In this document: positions 61,701-64,000 of the stretch, piece after piece
Position numbering within the stretch: the first letter of the stretch is position 1
Layout of the letters: each line of letters opens with the position of its first letter
Origin: the human T2T-CHM13v2.0 reference genome, Homo sapiens
Length of the DNA: 64,000 nucleotides
Assembly (NCBI RefSeq): GCF_009914755.1
Contig: NC_060925.1
Strand: one strand, 5' to 3'
The notes under the pieces: model-generated
What the model saw: only the letters and a program-made list of their open reading frames with translations
Database searches by the model: none
Told to the model about the DNA's origin: nothing
Translations under genes and position numbers: made by a program

Positions 61701-62244
61701 CTATTTTATTTATTAATAATTTATTAATTAAGATTAATTTTAAAAATTAACATGAAATTAATGATTTATTAATATACATGTTTCTATGAATTTCCATAAG
61801 TCCTGCTTTAATAGTATGTAGTAGGTTTTGACCTACATACTGTGGTATTTTTATGATTTCTTTCTCTAGATATTTTGATATTTCAATATTTGTACCCTGT
61901 CTGAGCTAAGAGTTGTCATAACAGAAAACTTTTTAACATTTAGGTGCTATTGACCATTGTTTTCTGAATTTTGTTAATTTCTCATTTTTTGCATTGATGA
62001 TACTGTTTCTACTTCTTAAAATTTGTTGAAGTTTTCTTTGAGGCCTAGTGGGTGGTTAATTTCTATGACTGTTACACAAAAAGGTGTATACTTCATTATC
62101 AAGGTATATTTTGAGGCATATCAATTAGACTATATCTATGTCATTTAGCACTATATATTTTGCTACTTAGTACTTCTACACCTTGACTAATTTTTCCTAC
62201 TGGATGTGTCAAAAACAGAAAGAAGAAAATTAAAGCCTCTTTAA

Positions 62245-62640
62245 ATGGGGGAAAGAATAGGTTTTTCAACAAATGCTACCTGGACAACTGCATATCCATA
62301 TGAAAAGAAGGGAATGGAACCACCTTTCCACTCCATACACAAAAATTAACTCATAATGAATCAAAGAGCTAAATGTAAGAAATAGCACTATGAAATTCTC
62401 AAAAGAAAATGTAGGTATAAATCTTTATGACCTTGATTAGGTATGGATTCTTAGATGTGATACCAAAAACACAAGCAACATAAGAAAAAATAGAGAAAGT
62501 GGAAATAATCAAAATTAAAAACGTTTTTCCTTCAAAGGATACCATCAAGAAAATAAAAAAATAACCCAAGGATTTGGAGAAAATTTTAACAAGTCATATA
62601 TGTGATAAGGGACTTGTATTTAAAATAATATGTAATGAAA
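62245..62640 (+). mobile_element. L1M (MB/MC) ORF2 fragment
   Basis: ttttcaacaaatg...ccatacacaaaaattaactc...taccaaaaacacaagcaac. Confidence 0.8.
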
Positions 62641-62642
62641 AA

Positions 62643-64000
62643 GGGGGGCACATTCCAAGATGGCCAAATAGGAACAGCTTCGGTCTGCATCTCCCAGCGT
62701 GATCAACACAGAAGACAGGTGATTTCTGCATTTCCAACTGAGGTACCTGGTTCATCTCACTAGGACTGCTTGGACAGAGGGTGCAGCCCAGAGAGGGCGA
62801 GCTGAAGCAGAGCGGGCATCGCCTCACCAGGGAAGCATGAGGGGTCGGGGGATTTCCCTTTCCTAGCCAAGGGAAGCCGTGACAGACTACCTGGAAAAAT
62901 GGGGCACTCCCACCCAAATACTGTGCTTTTCCCAAGGTCTTAGCAACTGGCAGACAAGGTGATTCTTTCCTGTGCCTGGCTCGATGGGTCCCACACCCAT
63001 AGAGCCTTGCTCACTGCTAGCACAGCAGTCTGAGATCAATCTGCAAGGCTGCAGCCTGGCTGGGGGAGGGGCATCCAACATTGCTGAGGCTTAAGTAGGT
63101 AAACAAAGCAGCCTGGAAGCTCAAACTGGGTGGGGCCCACCACAGCTTGACAAGACCTACTGCCTCTAGACTCCACCTCTGTGGGCAGGGCATAGCTGAA
63201 TAAAAGGCAGTAGACAACTTCTGCAGACTTAAATGTCCCTGTCTGACAGCTCTGAAGAGAGCAGTTGTTCTCCCAGCATTGCATTTGAGCTCTGAGAATG
63301 GACAGACTGCCTCCTCAAGTGGGTCCCTGACCCCCTTGTAGCCTAACTGGGAGACACCTCCCAGTAGGGGCCAACAGACACCTCATATAGGTGGCTGCCC
63401 TTCTGGGACGAAGCTTCCAGAGGAAGGATCAGGCAGCAATATTTGCTGTTCTGCAATATTTGCTATTCTGCAGCCTACATTGGAGATACCCAGGCAAACA
63501 GGGTCTGGAGTGGAACTCCAGCAAACTCCAACAGACCTGCAGCTGAGAGACCTGACCATTAGAAGGAAAACTAATGAGCAGAAAGGAATAGCATCAACAT
63601 CAACAAAAAGGACATCCACACCAAAACCCCATCCATAGGTAACCAACATCAAAGAACAAAGGTAGATAAAACCACAAAGATGGGGAGAAACCAGAGCAGA
63701 AAAGCTGAAAATTCTGAAAATCAGAGCACCTCTTCTCCTCCAAAGGATCACAGCTCCTCACCAGCAATGGAACAAAGCTGGATGGAGAATGACTTTGATG
63801 AGTTGACAGAAGTAGTCTTCAGAAGGTCGGTAATAACAAACTTCTCTGAGCTAAAGGAGTATGTTCAAACCCATCGCAAGGAAGCTAAAAACCCTGAAAA
63901 AAGATTAGATGAATGGCTAACTAGAATAAACAGTAAAGAGAAGACCTTAAATGACCTGATGGAGCTGAAAACCATGGCATGAGAACTTCGTGAAGCATGC
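62643..64000 (+). mobile_element. L1PA6/7 5'UTR and start of ORF1 (continues past window)
   Basis: ggggggcacattccaagatggccaaatagg start; ORF1 63680-63982 MGRNQSRKAENS... ends at a premature CGA>TGA stop. Confidence 0.95.

Overview
Primate (very likely human/hominoid) AT-rich, CpG-depleted non-coding genomic DNA. I found no recognisable protein-coding exon or CpG island, and I cannot name the locus. Much of the window is interspersed repeats: Alu (J, S, FLAM), L1PA/L1MA/L1M, L2, MIR, MaLR/ERVL LTRs (MST, THE1, MLT1, MLT2), a MER11 solo LTR and DNA transposons (MER33, MER63, MER47, MER5). The 46-64 kb part is almost entirely stacked elements. The ORF track is explained by repeats or chance. Most notable: (i) a 36-nt antisense U1 snRNA 5' fragment that makes a perfect + strand splice donor about 100 nt after a U-rich acceptor; (ii) a ~190-bp mitochondrial D-loop NUMT with reiterated target-site sequence at both junctions; (iii) a near full-length L1PA6/7 whose 5'UTR is inverted by twin priming, plus a second, older 5'-inverted L1MA; (iv) tandem AG|GTAAG recursive-splice-like sites; (v) a 19-nt apparently templated patch in an L1 G-rich tract; (vi) a MER63 transposon split by several nested insertions. 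Subfamily calls come from recalled consensus sequences, not from a search. I see no convincing new multi-gene system.
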